NCBI GenBank assembly: GCA_052279835.1
Contig: CP181291.1
Coordinates: 3,968,001-4,032,000 of the forward strand
DNA: 64,000 nucleotides
Direction of reading: 5' to 3'
DNA from: Microcoleus sp.
GTDB lineage: Bacteria; Cyanobacteriota; Cyanobacteriia; Cyanobacteriales; Microcoleaceae
Below are positions 27,938-40,650 of this stretch, piece after piece (positions within the stretch are counted from its first letter, which is position 1; each line of letters begins with the position of its first letter). The notes under the pieces were generated by a model, which was given only the letters and a program-made list of their open reading frames with translations, searched no databases and was not told where the DNA came from. Position numbers and translations under genes: made by a program.

Positions 27938-30166
27938 TTACCCGAATTTCCCGGCCGTCGAGGCAATTACAAAGGCCGCGTAAGTGAAGACATTACCCAC
28001 CGTAAAGTGAACTAAGCCAACCAAACGACCTTGGACGATAGAAAGAGCAACTGGCTTGTCCTTCCAGCGAACCAAGTTCGCCAAAGGAGTGCGCTCGTGA
28101 GCCCAAACCAAAGTCTCGATCAACTCTTGCCAGTAACCTCTCCAAGAGATCAGGAACATGAAACCAGTTGCCCAAACCAGGTGTCCGAATAAGAACATCC
28201 AAGCCCAGACTGACAAGTTGTTAGTACCATACGGGTTGTAACCGTTGATCAACTGAGAAGAATACAGCCAGAGGTAATCGCGGAACCAGCCCATCAGGTA
28301 GGTAGAAGACTCATTGAACTGAGCCACGTTACCTTGCCAGATGCCTAGGTGTTTCCAGTGCCAGTAGAACGTTACCCAAGCTAGGGTGTTCAACATCCAG
28401 AAGACAGACAGGTACATCGCGTCCCAAGCAGAGATGTCGCAAGTACCGCCACGGCCGGGGCCGTCGCAAGGGAAAGCATAACCGAAGTCTTTTTTGTCCG
28501 GCATCAGCTTAGAACCGCGTGCATCCAGAGCGCCTTTGACCAAGATCAAGGTGGTGGTGTGCAAGCCGAGGGCGATCGCGTGGTGAACCAAGAAATCGCC
28601 AGGTCCGATCGCTAAGAACAGAGAATTGGTACTGCTGTTGATGGCATCGATCCAGCCTGGGAGCCATACGTTGCCGTAGTTGGGCCAAGCGGTAGCAGCA
28701 ATGCTATCAGGGTTGGAAAGTAGGACATCCATGCCGTACAGAGCCTTCCCGTGAGCAGCTTGGATGAACTGTGCGAACACTGGTTCAATCAAGATTTGCT
28801 TTTCAGGAGTTCCGAAAGCGACTACAACGTCGTTGTGAACGTACAGGCCTAGTGTGTGGAAGCCCAAGAACAGCGACACCCAGCTCAGGTGAGAGATAAT
28901 CGCTTCTTTGTGCTGCAACACGCGATCGAGCACGTTACCTTTGTTAGCGTCAGGATCGTAGTCCCGCACCAGGAAGATAGCTCCGTGGGCGAAAGCGCCG
29001 ACCATGATGAATCCAGCAATGTACTGGTGGTGCGTGTACAACGCAGCCATCGTTGTGTGATCCTGCGCTATGAAAGCATAGGGAGGCATCGCGTACATAT
29101 GCTGCGCTACCAGAGAGGTAATCACACCCAAAGCAGCGAGGTGAAATCCTAACTGGAAGTGCAGGGAGTTGTTGTAGGTTTCGTAGAGACCTTGGTGAGG
29201 CAGGTTGAACTGACCTTCACTCTTGCCGCCTACCAAACCTGCTTTAGAATCCAACATTTCTTTGATGTTGTGACCGATACCGAAGTTTGTCCGGTACATA
29301 TGGCCAGCAACAATAAACAAGACAGCGATCGCCAAATGGTGATGAGCAATGTCAGTCAACCAGAGGGATTCTGTTTGGGGGTGGAAGCCACCCAAGAAAG
29401 TCAGAATTGCAGTTCCTGCGCCTTCGGAAGTACCGAAAACGTGGCTTGCAGCATCTGGATTCTCGGCGTATACGCCCCAGTTACCTGTAAAGAAAGGAGC
29501 CAAACCAGCCGGGTGAGGAGGGGTAGACAAGAAGTTTTCCCAACCTACGTGCTGTCCGCGAGATTCGGGGATAGCAACGTGAACCATGTGACCAGTCCAA
29601 GCCAAAGAGCTGACACCGAACAAACCAGCCAAGTGGTGGTTGAGGCGAGATTCAGCATTTTTGAACCAAGACAAGCTGGGGCGGTACTTAGGCTGGAGGT
29701 GCAACCAACCAGCAAACAGGAAGACAGAAGCCAGCAGCAGCAGGAAGATAGCTCCCTGGTACAGGTCGGCGTTAGTCCGAATTCCTTGAGTAAACCACCA
29801 GTGGTACACACCAGAGTAAGAGATGTCCACCGGATTAGAAGCGCCAGCTTGAGTGAAAGCCTCTACTGCTGGAGCGCCGAATTGCGGGTCCCAAATCGCG
29901 TGAGCGATCGGGCGGACGTTTAGAGGGTCTTTAATCCACTGTTCAAAGTTACCTTGCCATGCTACGTGGAACAGGCTGCCGGAAGTCCACAAGAAAATGA
30001 TTGCTAGGTGGCCGAAGTGAGAAGCAAAAATCTTTTGGTAAAGATTTTCTTCGGTCATGCCATCGTGGCTTTCAAAGTCGTGTGCTGTGGCAATCCCGTA
30101 CCAGATCCGCCGTGTAGTCGGGTCTTGGGCAAGGTCTTGGCTAAATTTTGGAAATTTGGTTGCCAT
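27938..30166 (-). CDS. psaB: photosystem I P700 apoprotein A2
   Basis: [22 protein letters not shown] start; [12 protein letters not shown] motif. Confidence 0.99.
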   Translation of the reverse strand: MATKFPKFSQDLAQDPTTRRIWYGIATAHDFESHDGMTEENLYQKIFASHFGHLAIIFLWTSGSLFHVAWQGNFEQWIKDPLNVRPIAHAIWDPQFGAPAVEAFTQAGASNPVDISYSGVYHWWFTQGIRTNADLYQGAIFLLLLASVFLFAGWLHLQPKYRPSLSWFKNAESRLNHHLAGLFGVSSLAWTGHMVHVAIPESRGQHVGWENFLSTPPHPAGLAPFFTGNWGVYAENPDAASHVFGTSEGAGTAILTFLGGFHPQTESLWLTDIAHHHLAIAVLFIVAGHMYRTNFGIGHNIKEMLDSKAGLVGGKSEGQFNLPHQGLYETYNNSLHFQLGFHLAALGVITSLVAQHMYAMPPYAFIAQDHTTMAALYTHHQYIAGFIMVGAFAHGAIFLVRDYDPDANKGNVLDRVLQHKEAIISHLSWVSLFLGFHTLGLYVHNDVVVAFGTPEKQILIEPVFAQFIQAAHGKALYGMDVLLSNPDSIAATAWPNYGNVWLPGWIDAINSSTNSLFLAIGPGDFLVHHAIALGLHTTTLILVKGALDARGSKLMPDKKDFGYAFPCDGPGRGGTCDISAWDAMYLSVFWMLNTLAWVTFYWHWKHLGIWQGNVAQFNESSTYLMGWFRDYLWLYSSQLINGYNPYGTNNLSVWAWMFLFGHLVWATGFMFLISWRGYWQELIETLVWAHERTPLANLVRWKDKPVALSIVQGRLVGLVHFTVGNVFTYAAFVIASTAGKFG

Positions 30167-30274
30167 AAGCCTTGATAAATCCTGAATCCTGAACGTTGAA
30201 GGGGTTCGGTTCGGAGGTTTGGGTTCCGGGTTTGAGAGCGATCCCAAATCCAGAATCCAAAACCTGGAGGTAGT

Positions 30275-32569
30275 TTAACCTACCGAGATGATTCGCGCTA
30301 AGAAGAATGCCCACGTTGTGACAATTCCTCCTAGGAGGTAGTGAGCTACACCCACAGCCCGACCCTGAGTAATGCTCAGAGCGCGAGGTTGAATCGAAGG
30401 AGCTACCTTGAGTTTATTATGAGCCCAAACAATGGACTCAATCAATTCTTGCCAGTAACCACGACCGCTGAACAGGAACATCAAGCTGAAGGCGAAGACA
30501 AAGTGTCCAGCTAGGAACATCAGACCGTAGGCCGACAGTGCCGAACCGTAGGACTGAATCACCTGAGAAGCTTGGGCCCACAGGAAGTCACGCAACCAAC
30601 CATTGATAGTGATCGCACTTTGTGCGAAATTACCACCGGTGATGTGAGAAATTGTGCCATCTGAATCGACGGTTCCCCACACGTCCGACTGCATTTTCCA
30701 GCTAAAGTGGAAAATCACAATCGAGATGCAGTTATACATCCAGAACAAGCCTAAGAAGACGTGATCCCAACCTGAAACTTGGCAGGTGCCGCCACGGCCG
30801 GGGCCGTCGCAAGGGAACCGGAAGCCCAAGTTGCCTTTGTCAGGCACTAAGCGAGAACTGCGTGCGAACAACACGCCCTTCAAAAGAATCAGAACTGTAA
30901 CGTGAATTGTGAAAGCGTGGATGTGGTGGATCATGAAATCCGCCGTACCCAACTCGATCGGCATCATCGCTACTTTGCCGCCTACTGCTACAGCACCGCC
31001 GCCAAAAGCGTGACTGACGATTTCCATAGCATTAGGAGCTGTGTTACCCGGAGCCGCAGCGTGAATATTTTGTATCCACTGGGCAAATACTGGGCGCAAT
31101 TGAATCCCGGTATCCGAGAACAAATCTTGGGGACGACCGAAAGCGCGCATCGTGTCGTTGTGAACGTATAAACCAAAGCTGTGGAAGCCTAAGAATATAC
31201 AAACCCAGTTCAAGTGAGAGATAATTGCATCTCTGTGGCGGAGTACCCGATCGAGCAAGTTATTGACGTGCTGCGCCGGATCGTAATCCCTAACCATGAA
31301 GATTGCTGCGTGAGCCGCTGCTCCCACAATCAGGAATCCGCCAATCCACATGTGGTGGGTGAACAGGGATAGCTGAGTCGGGTAGTCGGTCGCGATGTAC
31401 GGATACGGAGGCATCGCGTACATATGTTGAGCCACGATGATGCTGATCGAGCCCATCAAAGCCAAGTTCAACGACAGTTGGGCGTGCCAAGACTGCGTGA
31501 AGATTTCGTACATCCCTTTGTGGCCTTCGCCAGTGAAGGGACCTTTGTGAGCTTCCAAAACTTCTTTAAAGCTGTGGCCGATGCCCCAGTTAGTGCGGTA
31601 CATATGACCGGCGACGATGAACAGCACTGCCAACGCTAAGTGATGGTGCGCTGTATCGCTCAGCCACAAACCGCCTGTGGTGGGATTCAGACCGCCTTTA
31701 AAGGTCAGGAAGTCAGTGTATGCGCCCCAGTTGAGGGTGAAGAAGGGCGTTAAACCTTGAGCGAAGCTGGGGTAGATGTCAGCCATCAAGCTCGGGTTCA
31801 AAAGCCACTCGTGTGGCAGAGGGATATCGGCAACTGTTTTAATCAGTTTGCCACCTACTGTCAACGGTGAGCCTGCATCGATCGCGTCCATGCAAGCATT
31901 GATCGGCAGAGCAACGTGAATTTGTTGTCCTGCGAAGCCCAAGCAGCCGCAGCCTAGCAAACCTGCCAAGTGGTGGTTCATCATCGATTCCACGTTCTGG
32001 AACCATTCCAGTTTCGGAGCGCGGACGTGATAGTGGAACCAACCGGCAAACAGCATCAAAGCTGCCATTACCAATGCGCCGATCGCAGTGCAATATAGCT
32101 GGTATGAGTTAGTGATGCCGTTGGCGCGCCACAGTTGGAACAGACCCGAAGTGATCTGAATCCCGTGGAAACCGCCACCTACATCTGCATTTAAAATTTC
32201 TTGACCAAAAATAGGCCAGACCACTTGAGCACTAGGTTTGATACCTGTGGGGTCTGTTAGCCAAGCTTCGTAGTTGGAAAATTTAGCGCCGTGGAAATAT
32301 GCGCCGCTTAACCAAACGAAAATTACTGCCAAATGGCCGAAGTGAGCGCTAAAGATTTTGCGCGAAACGTCTTCTAAATCACTGGTATGACTGTCGAAGT
32401 CGTGAGCGTTAGCGTGGAGGTTCCAAATCCAAGTGGTTGTTTTTGGCCCCTTAGCTAGAGTGCGATCGAAATGTCCCGGTTTAGACCACTTCTCGAAGGA
32501 AGTTGGAACGGGATCTTTATCGACTACTACTCTAACTTTTACCTCTCGCTCTGGAGGACTAATGGTCAT
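30275..32569 (-). CDS. psaA: photosystem I P700 apoprotein A1
   Basis: MTISPPERE start; [15 protein letters not shown] motif. Confidence 0.99.
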   Translation of the reverse strand: MTISPPEREVKVRVVVDKDPVPTSFEKWSKPGHFDRTLAKGPKTTTWIWNLHANAHDFDSHTSDLEDVSRKIFSAHFGHLAVIFVWLSGAYFHGAKFSNYEAWLTDPTGIKPSAQVVWPIFGQEILNADVGGGFHGIQITSGLFQLWRANGITNSYQLYCTAIGALVMAALMLFAGWFHYHVRAPKLEWFQNVESMMNHHLAGLLGCGCLGFAGQQIHVALPINACMDAIDAGSPLTVGGKLIKTVADIPLPHEWLLNPSLMADIYPSFAQGLTPFFTLNWGAYTDFLTFKGGLNPTTGGLWLSDTAHHHLALAVLFIVAGHMYRTNWGIGHSFKEVLEAHKGPFTGEGHKGMYEIFTQSWHAQLSLNLALMGSISIIVAQHMYAMPPYPYIATDYPTQLSLFTHHMWIGGFLIVGAAAHAAIFMVRDYDPAQHVNNLLDRVLRHRDAIISHLNWVCIFLGFHSFGLYVHNDTMRAFGRPQDLFSDTGIQLRPVFAQWIQNIHAAAPGNTAPNAMEIVSHAFGGGAVAVGGKVAMMPIELGTADFMIHHIHAFTIHVTVLILLKGVLFARSSRLVPDKGNLGFRFPCDGPGRGGTCQVSGWDHVFLGLFWMYNCISIVIFHFSWKMQSDVWGTVDSDGTISHITGGNFAQSAITINGWLRDFLWAQASQVIQSYGSALSAYGLMFLAGHFVFAFSLMFLFSGRGYWQELIESIVWAHNKLKVAPSIQPRALSITQGRAVGVAHYLLGGIVTTWAFFLARIISVG

Positions 32570-33214
32570 GAAGACTCTCCTCTCGATAAGACAAGGAACG
32601 AGAACTGATATTGTTTATGACACTCACCGGACTTGTGGTACGGGGATTCTCGGTTCACCGATACAGCTTGCATTTAACTCTTTGCAGAATCAGACATACT
32701 TGCTCTATCTCCCCAAGCGTTGCGCTTCTAGACAGAAGCCAGTTTCCCAGTGTCGCTGGGTACTGTTAACTACTTTCGCTATTTGATGAGCCCAATCGCA
32801 GCCTTTATTTTGTGCTGCTCATCTTGCTCATCTTGCGGCGGTTTTATGAATTATAAGCTTGTCAGAGAAGTATTAATCGCTTGTTAACAATACTTAAAAA
32901 AGTCGCATTTTGTGATGTAATAATCAATTGAATCTCCACAGTGCATCACAAAAGTCAAGGGGTGTTGGCATTAAATTTACAAAACTCAAAGATAAGGGTA
33001 CGGAAGAATTTTGATTTATATAGACTTGTTTTGCAAAAAGCCGCCGGAGTTATTAGCTGGATTCGCAATCGGCACCAACTATCGGATTAGTCCTGGACAA
33101 CCACCTCACTTGAGCCAGGAGTCCCTCCCAAATTGTCGATCGCCAAAATCCCAATTACTCAACTCAGTTTTGGGCTATAGTTCCCTATGAGAAGGCTTCT
33201 AGGAGTATGGTTGC

Positions 33215-34822
33215 GTGATGGGAATCAATTGGCTGAGGAAGACTGCGAGCAGGCTGCTGGTATTGCTCGCAGCAGCAGTATTAATTTTAGGTATCACAAG
33301 TTGTGGCAACAATCATCCCGACTTGCCAAAATCCAGCAACAACAGCAATTCAGTCCTCACTCCGATTAAAAGAATCTCAGAGGTATCCCCCCCCGTAAGC
33401 ATTCAAAAACTGCGTCAGGCTTTAGAAATCTACCAACCTCAAGTTAGTATTTTGAATCCCCAGCCAGACCAAGTGCTTCAGGACACCTATATATCTGTGC
33501 GACTCCAAGTCAAAGACTTGCCAATTTTCAAAGATGCTAACCTAGGCTTGGGTCCCCATCTTCAGGTGTTGTTAGACAATCAACCCTATCAGGCAGTTTA
33601 TGACACAAACCAGCCTTTAGAGTTATCTGACTTAGAACCCGGAACCCACACCCTGCGAGTTTTTGCCTCTCGCCCTTGGGAAGAAAGCTTTAAAAACGAC
33701 GGTGCTTACGCCCAAACCACCTTTCACGTTTTCACCAAAACTGAGAATAATAATCCCGATCGCAATTTACCCCAGCTCACCTACAACCAGCCCCAAGACA
33801 CCTACGGGGCTGAACCCATCATGCTGGACTTTTACTTGACAAATGCTCCCCTGCATCTCATCGCTCAAGAAAACTCCCAAGACGAAATACTCGATTGGAA
33901 AATTCGAGCCACAGTCAACGGAGAAAGCTTTACGATCGACCAATGGCAACCTATATATCTGAAAGGATTCAAACCAGGGAAAAACTGGGTACAGCTAGAA
34001 TTTATCGACGAACTGGGAAATCCCATCAAAAACGCCTTTAATAATACAGTCAGACTGATAAATTACCAACCCCAAGGACAAGATACCCTGTCTAAAATAG
34101 TGCGAGGCGAACTAACAGCAGCAGCATCTGGCGGTATAGTCGATCGCACCTACAAACCCGAAACACCAACACCCGAACCAAAACCCACACCAGCACTAGA
34201 AACACCAAATGTCAAGCCATCTCCTGCGGTGGTTCCAGAAACTCCAGTTGCTAAACCCAGTCAAGAGCCAAAACAGGCTCCTGAAGTCACACCGATTCCT
34301 GTCACAGAACCAAAACCAACAGCAACACCAAAAATAGACACACCCAAAATAACTGAGCAAATTCCTGTCACAGAACCAAAACCAACAGCAACACCAGAAA
34401 TAGACACACCCAAAATAACTGAGCAAACTCCTGTCACAGAACCAAAACCAACAGCAACACCAGAAATAGACACACCCAAAATAACTGAGCAAACTCCTGT
34501 CACAGAACCAAAACCAACAGCAACACCAGAAATAGACACACCCAAAATAGCTGAGCAAACGCCTGTCACCGAACCAAAACCAACAACAACACCAGAAATA
34601 GACACACCCAAAATAGCTGAGCAAACTCCTGTCACCGAACCAAAACCAACAGCAACAACAGAAATAGACACACCCACAATAACTGAGCAAATTCCACTCA
34701 GCGAACCAAAATCCACACCAATTTTACAAACAGTAAAACAAAAAGTCAGCGAACTTATGAATAAATTCCGCAGCTTTCTGAATCAACTGACAGAACCGAA
34801 AACACCATCTCTCAACTTGTAG
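33215..34822 (+). CDS. putative lipoprotein with Pro/Thr-rich repeat tail
   Basis: Lipobox ITSC; conserved-looking GPHL, GTHTLRVFASRPW.ESFK domain. Confidence 0.75.
   Translation: MMGINWLRKTASRLLVLLAAAVLILGITSCGNNHPDLPKSSNNSNSVLTPIKRISEVSPPVSIQKLRQALEIYQPQVSILNPQPDQVLQDTYISVRLQVKDLPIFKDANLGLGPHLQVLLDNQPYQAVYDTNQPLELSDLEPGTHTLRVFASRPWEESFKNDGAYAQTTFHVFTKTENNNPDRNLPQLTYNQPQDTYGAEPIMLDFYLTNAPLHLIAQENSQDEILDWKIRATVNGESFTIDQWQPIYLKGFKPGKNWVQLEFIDELGNPIKNAFNNTVRLINYQPQGQDTLSKIVRGELTAAASGGIVDRTYKPETPTPEPKPTPALETPNVKPSPAVVPETPVAKPSQEPKQAPEVTPIPVTEPKPTATPKIDTPKITEQIPVTEPKPTATPEIDTPKITEQTPVTEPKPTATPEIDTPKITEQTPVTEPKPTATPEIDTPKIAEQTPVTEPKPTTTPEIDTPKIAEQTPVTEPKPTATTEIDTPTITEQIPLSEPKSTPILQTVKQKVSELMNKFRSFLNQLTEPKTPSLNL
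34295..34711 (+). repeat. 66-bp coding tandem repeat, about 6.3 copies
   Basis: 22-aa unit (I/T)PVTEPKPTATPEIDTPKITEQ. Confidence 0.95.
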
Positions 34823-34900
34823 CCCAAACCACAAATATCAGTTGAAACCAAACAAAATCTTTCCCTATTCAACTCCATTCAAAAATCAGGACAATCACCA

Positions 34901-35869
34901 ATGACCTACCTCGAAACAGCAGCAAAATTCTACAGCGAAGTAGCCGAAACCCCCCAAATTGGACTTTGCTGCGTCCAAAGCAGTCCCCTGCAACTGCCGG
35001 GATTAAACATTCCCGAACAAATGCAAGAGATGAATTACGGCTGCGGCACAACAGTCCATGCCGCCGAACTCGTAGGCAATCCAGTCGTGCTGTATGTAGG
35101 CGTTGGTGGCGGCTTAGAAGCACTGCAATTCGCCTATTTCTCTCGCCAAAAAGGAGCAGTAATTGCCGTCGATCCAGTTGCAGCAATGCGAGACGCGGCG
35201 ACACGTAACCTGAAAATTGCCGCCCAAGAAAATGATTGGTTTGATGCTAGTTTTGTCGAGATTAGAGCAGGGGATGCTTTTGCCTTACCTATGCCCGATG
35301 CTTCTGTAGATGTTGTCGCCCAAAATTGTTTATTTAACATCTTTGAACCTGCGGATTTAGCTAAGGCATTAAGAGAAACCTACCGAGTGTTGAAACCCGG
35401 TGGTAGATTATTGATGAGCGATCCCATCGCAACTCGCACAATTCCCCAACATTTAAAACAAGACGAACGCTTGCGGGCGCTGTGTTTGTCCGGTGCTCTC
35501 ACCTACGCAGAATACGTCCAGCAACTTGTAGACGTCGGTTTTGGACAAGTGGAAGTTCGGGCGCGCCGTCCTTACCGATTGCTGGACAAACACAATTATC
35601 AATTGGATGCAGACTTGCTGCTAGAAAGCCTAGACTCGGTGTCTTTCAAAGTGCCTATCCCCGATGACGGAGCTTGCATTTTCACTGGCAAGACGGCGAT
35701 TTATGCCGGGTCTGAGGAGCTATTTGATGACGGGGCTGGTCACATTTTGCAGCGGGGAGTTCCGGCGGCAGTGTGCGATAAAACTGCTGGCAAGTTGGGG
35801 GGATTGATGCCGGACAAGGTGTTGATTACTGATTCGACTTGGCATTATAACGGCGGTGGTTGTTGTTAA
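34901..35869 (+). CDS. arsM: arsenite methyltransferase (cyanobacterial ArsM type)
   Basis: LCC, NYGCG, SAM motif LYVGVGGG, QNCLFN, C-terminal GGGCC. Confidence 0.8.
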   Translation: MTYLETAAKFYSEVAETPQIGLCCVQSSPLQLPGLNIPEQMQEMNYGCGTTVHAAELVGNPVVLYVGVGGGLEALQFAYFSRQKGAVIAVDPVAAMRDAATRNLKIAAQENDWFDASFVEIRAGDAFALPMPDASVDVVAQNCLFNIFEPADLAKALRETYRVLKPGGRLLMSDPIATRTIPQHLKQDERLRALCLSGALTYAEYVQQLVDVGFGQVEVRARRPYRLLDKHNYQLDADLLLESLDSVSFKVPIPDDGACIFTGKTAIYAGSEELFDDGAGHILQRGVPAAVCDKTAGKLGGLMPDKVLITDSTWHYNGGGCC

Positions 35870-36286
35870 ATTTCGTTAAAATGGGAGACGTAGCTTGGGA
35901 GCCTCCCATTTTTGCAAATATATCAGTAAGGGCGAAGCATTCCGGCAGATAATTTGTTAGTTATAACCAGAGATTTACTGCCGGAATGCTTAGCCTCTAC
36001 TACAAATGACCTGTACGACCGCGAAAGCCCATTCTTTGATTCGAGATAGTGGTATAGTACGATCGCCAGTTAGTTATGTAAGAATTTGTAGTCATGGTAA
36101 TCTATAGGAGCAGCCACAATTTTGACTCCGTAGATTTAGCCCTTGTCCGGTGCGTCGCTAGAAACAATTCTCGCCAAGAATACAAAGATTAGCACAGCGA
36201 CGCACTTTTCCAACACGATCGAGGGGATGACTGAACCGGATTTGCTATTATCTAAATTTGCCTGAGAATTTGCTGATATTTTTACC

Positions 36287-36973
36287 CTATTTCCGTACAG
36301 CTTCCAGCAATCTAGAATAATAAAAGCTCGTGCTAGTCATGGCTGTTCTGTTCACCACAAAACCATTGTTTTCGAGGATTTTGATGATATCAGCTTCCCG
36401 GTGCTGATAAGCGCGAGTTGTTTTGCTAGGACCGGGGAAAAATTCGCCAATTTTTTTGAGCACGGTGAGTGCTAAAGTTTTGGGGGCAAAACTCAGAATT
36501 AGTCGGGATTGGGCGATCGAACTTAGGTGAGCAATCATGGACGCAGCCTTATCTTGAGGATAGTGGATCAGCACGTCCAGACAGATAACCGTGTGAAATT
36601 TGCCACTCAATGCTTCTAAATCTTGGGCTGCGAAAGAGACGTTGTAGAGCTTGCCCGGAGCTGCTGTAGCTCGATCGTAAGCTTCTGCTACCATTTTTTC
36701 AGAGATATCGCTAGCACAAACAATTGCCCCAGCCTCAGCCAGAGGAATGCTCAGAGATCCCACACCACAGCCGGCATCGCACACTGACAGCCCGCGCAAA
36801 TTGCCGTCAGCTTGCAGCCATTGGATGACTGTATCTACTGTTTGCTGGTGCCCGGTGCGAATATCTAGCTGCACTTTATTGACTTTGCCATCGCCGTAAA
36901 TTCGTTGCCAGCGATCGAATCCCGTGGAGTTAAAATACTGTTTGACAATATCCTTGTCGTTTGCCAAATTCAT
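36287..36973 (-). CDS. chlM: Mg-protoporphyrin IX methyltransferase
   Basis: YFNSTGFDRW.RIYG, CDAGCGVG, CLDVLIHYP and FPGPSKTTRAY motifs. Confidence 0.95.
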   Translation of the reverse strand: MNLANDKDIVKQYFNSTGFDRWQRIYGDGKVNKVQLDIRTGHQQTVDTVIQWLQADGNLRGLSVCDAGCGVGSLSIPLAEAGAIVCASDISEKMVAEAYDRATAAPGKLYNVSFAAQDLEALSGKFHTVICLDVLIHYPQDKAASMIAHLSSIAQSRLILSFAPKTLALTVLKKIGEFFPGPSKTTRAYQHREADIIKILENNGFVVNRTAMTSTSFYYSRLLEAVRK

Positions 36974-37194
36974 TAGTCTGCCTGCTGCTGAGTTATTGCC
37001 AACAGTTAGGTATTATAATGCTTCGGGGTCGTAATTTGGAATTTGCCCGAAAAAGATTGGGCATTGGTAAATTTTCCAAGTTGAATTTTTTTATTCCTTT
37101 GTTACTTCTTCAGTAAATGCGGTTCCTGCCCTCCGGCTATGCTGCGGTAGGCGCGTGCCTAGTCGAAGGACTATCTTCCATCTTTCATCTTCCT

Positions 37195-38424
37195 TTAAAA
37201 TAAGCGATGCCAAGTTAATTCCTTTGTCGGTTCATCCAAATGCCAGCGTAACAATTGAGTGGCGGGTAAGCCGATGATTCCTGAAAGTCCGATCGCATTT
37301 CTGGGAGATTCCGTTGCTAGGGCGATGGCGCTTGGCACATCACAAATTCCCCACTTCACCAAATTTTGAACTCCCCCCAAAAGTGGTAGTGTTGTACCAG
37401 CCAAAGTAGCCGATTCGAGTGGTGAGTGATAATCTAATCTTACCCAAGCAGTACCTTTTCTCACCTCTATTTGACGAGAATCCCAAGGATAAACACCATC
37501 TGGCAAACCCAAAGGAGCTAAAGCGTCGCTAACTAAAAAAACACCTGTTTCGTATCTACCAGCGCGCAGTAAAAAATCAATCATTGTCGGACAAACGTGC
37601 TTGCCGTCAGCAATTAAACCGCACTTAACACCCGGAGTAACAATGGCTGCCCCCAACAAACCCGGTTCTCGATGGTGCAAACTCGGCATCGCATTAAAGG
37701 CGTGAGTTACCATGGAAGAACCCCGTACAAATGCTTGTTGGGCTTGTTCTGCTGTCGCTTGAGAGTGTCCGAGACTAACTGTAATTCCCAAACTTTGCAA
37801 ATAAGAAATTACTTCCCCAGTGCTATCTAACTCCGGTGCTAAAGTAATTATTTTGACAATATCAGCACAATCTCCTAAAACTAACTTTACATTTTCTATG
37901 GTTAGTGGCAAAAGAAATTCTGAGGGGTGAGCACCTCGCTTGTGGGGATTAAGAAAAGGGCCTTCGAGGTGAACGCCGATGATTGAGGCTGTTTTGACTT
38001 GATTGGTTGGGGAAGTATTATTTTTTTGAGTACGTATAAAATTAGCAATAGTTGAGAGCGATCGTCTAAACTTATCTAGTGAAGTTGTCACCAAAGTCGG
38101 CAAAAAAGCATCGACTCCCTGATTCCATAAAAATTGACAAATTTCGGGCAAAAATTCCCTATGCTTGGTTTCTAGATCTGGGAAAGCCAAACCGAGAGCA
38201 CCGTTAATCTGCAAGTCAACTCCGCCCAAAGAAACCCAATCACCTGCTGCATCGATGACTTGTAAATTCGGGGGAGAAACCCGTTTAAATACTTTGTCCA
38301 TCGGGCAAACTTCTTGAATGATGCCAGTTTCATCCACAGCCAGCATCTGTAATTCCTTACAACCAGGGAGCCTCGCATTGAGAATATTTGTAGGGAAAAA
38401 AGTTGAGTTTGTCGCTTCAGTCAT
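37195..38424 (-). CDS. nagA: N-acetylglucosamine-6-phosphate deacetylase
   Basis: HLEGPFL..KRGAH, TLAPE, GHS, THAFNAM and IADGKH motifs. Confidence 0.92.
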   Translation of the reverse strand: MTEATNSTFFPTNILNARLPGCKELQMLAVDETGIIQEVCPMDKVFKRVSPPNLQVIDAAGDWVSLGGVDLQINGALGLAFPDLETKHREFLPEICQFLWNQGVDAFLPTLVTTSLDKFRRSLSTIANFIRTQKNNTSPTNQVKTASIIGVHLEGPFLNPHKRGAHPSEFLLPLTIENVKLVLGDCADIVKIITLAPELDSTGEVISYLQSLGITVSLGHSQATAEQAQQAFVRGSSMVTHAFNAMPSLHHREPGLLGAAIVTPGVKCGLIADGKHVCPTMIDFLLRAGRYETGVFLVSDALAPLGLPDGVYPWDSRQIEVRKGTAWVRLDYHSPLESATLAGTTLPLLGGVQNLVKWGICDVPSAIALATESPRNAIGLSGIIGLPATQLLRWHLDEPTKELTWHRLF

Positions 38425-38426
38425 CC

Positions 38427-38458
38427 GATTTTAGATTTTAGATTTTAGATTTTAGATT
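38427..38458. repeat. heptamer tandem repeat (gatttta)n
   Basis: About 4.5 perfect units. Confidence 0.85.
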
Positions 38459-38492
38459 AGCATTGATCGGAAAGCTCAAATCTCAAAACTAG

Positions 38493-39014
38493 ATGAATCA
38501 ACCGACTGTTGGAATTATCATGGGTAGCGATTCTGATTTGCCCACTATGAAAGATGCGATCGCAGTTTGCGAAGAATTCAACATCCCTTGCGAAGTGGCG
38601 ATAGTTTCAGCCCACCGTACCCCTGAGCGCATGGTAGAATATGCCCAAAACGCGCACCAACGGGGATTGAAAGTGATTATTGCAGGTGCGGGGGGAGCGG
38701 CCCACCTACCTGGTATGGTAGCATCTTTAACACCTTTGCCGGTGATTGGTGTGCCAGTGCCGAGCCGTCATCTGCAAGGATTAGATTCTTTGTACTCGAT
38801 CGTCCAAATGCCAGCAGGGATACCTGTAGCCACAGTAGCGATCGGCAATTCTAAAAATGCTGGCTTGTTAGCAGTTCAGATTTTAGCGTGTAGTCAGCCT
38901 GAATTGGTAGCACAAATCCAACAATATCGTCGAAGCTTATCTCAATCGGTGATGGACAAACAAGCTCAGCTAAATGATATAGGTTATCGATTGTATTTAG
39001 ATCGAAGCAAATGA
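38493..39014 (+). CDS. purE: N5-carboxyaminoimidazole ribonucleotide mutase
   Basis: IMGSDSD, SAHRTP and [11 protein letters not shown] motifs. Confidence 0.97.
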   Translation: MNQPTVGIIMGSDSDLPTMKDAIAVCEEFNIPCEVAIVSAHRTPERMVEYAQNAHQRGLKVIIAGAGGAAHLPGMVASLTPLPVIGVPVPSRHLQGLDSLYSIVQMPAGIPVATVAIGNSKNAGLLAVQILACSQPELVAQIQQYRRSLSQSVMDKQAQLNDIGYRLYLDRSK

Positions 39015-39087
39015 TACAGAATATGGTGTAGTAAAATTGCTTGGATTCTAGAATGCTCACAGAGTAGTTGAGGAGAGATCTAAACTA

Positions 39088-40650
39088 ATGGCAAAAAATA
39101 AAAACTGGAAAAAAGCAAGGCGAGGAGCATTAAAGTGGCGCTCGCTGAATTTTGCGGGTACTGCAAAAATGTACCGTCAGTTGCAAATAGCCATAAAGCG
39201 ATTGAATCCAACGTTGCAAGCCTGCATACCCCTAGCTGCAATTATAGTCTTGGTATCGGGGTACGCTGCGATCGCTCAAACAGCCCCCACTCCAACCACA
39301 GAAGAACAATTAGCTAGCCTGAAAGTGGGTATGGATACCATGTGGGTGATGGTGGCTGGGATGATGGTGTTCTTTATGAATGCCGGCTTTGGAATGTTAG
39401 AAACCGGATTCTGTCGCCAAAAAAATGCAGTCAACGTGCTGTCAAAAAACTTAATTGTTTTTGCCCTTTCTACTATTGCCTATTGGGCGATTGGCTTTGC
39501 TTTAATGTTCAGTGATGGCAATGGTTTTATAGGCACAAGTGGCGGATTTTTCCTGTGGAATGTGACTGACAACAGTCCGGCCATGGGAGACGCTTACAAA
39601 GGTATTTTCAGCTCACTCAATTGGACTGGAGTACCTCTGAATGCTAAATTCTTTTTTCAATTAGTTTTTGCGGGAACTGCGGCGACCATCGTTTCTGGAG
39701 CCGTTGCAGAGCGAATAAAATTCCTTGAATTCCTAATTTTTTGCTTGCTGCTAGTAGGGATTGCTTACCCGATTACCGGAAACTGGATTTGGGGTGGTGG
39801 CTGGCTGGCAAAAGTAGGTTTTTACGACTTTGCTGGTTCGACGGTGGTTCACTCTGTAGGTGGTTGGGCTGCTTTGATGGGAGCAGCATTTTTAGGGCCG
39901 CGGAATGGCAGGTACCGCAACGGTGATACGGTGGCGATGCCGGGACACAATATGAGCATTGCTACCTTGGGCTGTTTGATTCTGTGGTTGGGTTGGTTCG
40001 GGTTCAATCCCGGTTCGACAATGGCAGTGGATGCTAATGCGATCGCCCACATTGCCATCACCACCAACACCGCTGGTGCCTTCGGAGGAGTTGCTGCCAC
40101 TCTCACGGCTTGGCTTTACCTGGGCAAACCCGACTTGTCGATGATTATCAACGGCATCCTGGCTGGCTTAGTGGGAGTTACTGCTAGCTGCGCTTGGATC
40201 AACGTCCCGAATTCTGCGATTATCGGCATTGTCGCAGGCATCCTGGTAGTTTTTGCCGTAACTTTCTTTGACAACTTGAAAATTGATGACCCTGTGGGGG
40301 CAACTTCGGTTCACCTAGTCTGTGGTACTTGGGGAACTCTAGCAGTGGGCTTGTTTGCCGATGGTCCGACAACTGGCATTTATACCGCAGGGCCCAAAGC
40401 AGGATTGTTGGTAGGGGGTGGTTTCGATCAGCTAATACCACAGTTGATCGGGATTATTTCTGTAGGTGGGATGACTGTGCTGCTGAGTACAATTTTTTGG
40501 TATGCACTCAAGGTGTTGCTTGGCATCAGAGTTAGTGCTGTAGAGGAGGCTGAAGGTTTGGATATCGGAGAGCACGGTATGGAAGCCTACAGCGGATTTG
40601 TGAAGGAAGCCGACTTTGGCAGCAACACCAGCAAGGAGATGAAACTCTAA
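39088..40650 (+). CDS. amt: ammonium transporter (Amt1 type)
   Basis: [26 protein letters not shown] and WFGFNPGS motifs. Confidence 0.95.
   Translation: MAKNKNWKKARRGALKWRSLNFAGTAKMYRQLQIAIKRLNPTLQACIPLAAIIVLVSGYAAIAQTAPTPTTEEQLASLKVGMDTMWVMVAGMMVFFMNAGFGMLETGFCRQKNAVNVLSKNLIVFALSTIAYWAIGFALMFSDGNGFIGTSGGFFLWNVTDNSPAMGDAYKGIFSSLNWTGVPLNAKFFFQLVFAGTAATIVSGAVAERIKFLEFLIFCLLLVGIAYPITGNWIWGGGWLAKVGFYDFAGSTVVHSVGGWAALMGAAFLGPRNGRYRNGDTVAMPGHNMSIATLGCLILWLGWFGFNPGSTMAVDANAIAHIAITTNTAGAFGGVAATLTAWLYLGKPDLSMIINGILAGLVGVTASCAWINVPNSAIIGIVAGILVVFAVTFFDNLKIDDPVGATSVHLVCGTWGTLAVGLFADGPTTGIYTAGPKAGLLVGGGFDQLIPQLIGIISVGGMTVLLSTIFWYALKVLLGIRVSAVEEAEGLDIGEHGMEAYSGFVKEADFGSNTSKEMKL

Noticed and set aside
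28856..29923. Long antisense ORFs over psaB
   Set aside because: Shadow ORFs caused by codon bias.
30167..30247. N-terminal extension of PsaB
   Set aside because: The canonical MATKFPK start is at 30166.
27938..32569. Far-red (FaRLiP) photosystem I cluster
   Set aside because: No adjacent rfp, apc, psb or psa paralog genes in the window.
39004..39017. NtcA site upstream of the first amt
   Set aside because: GAA-N8-TAC is degenerate and has no properly spaced -10.
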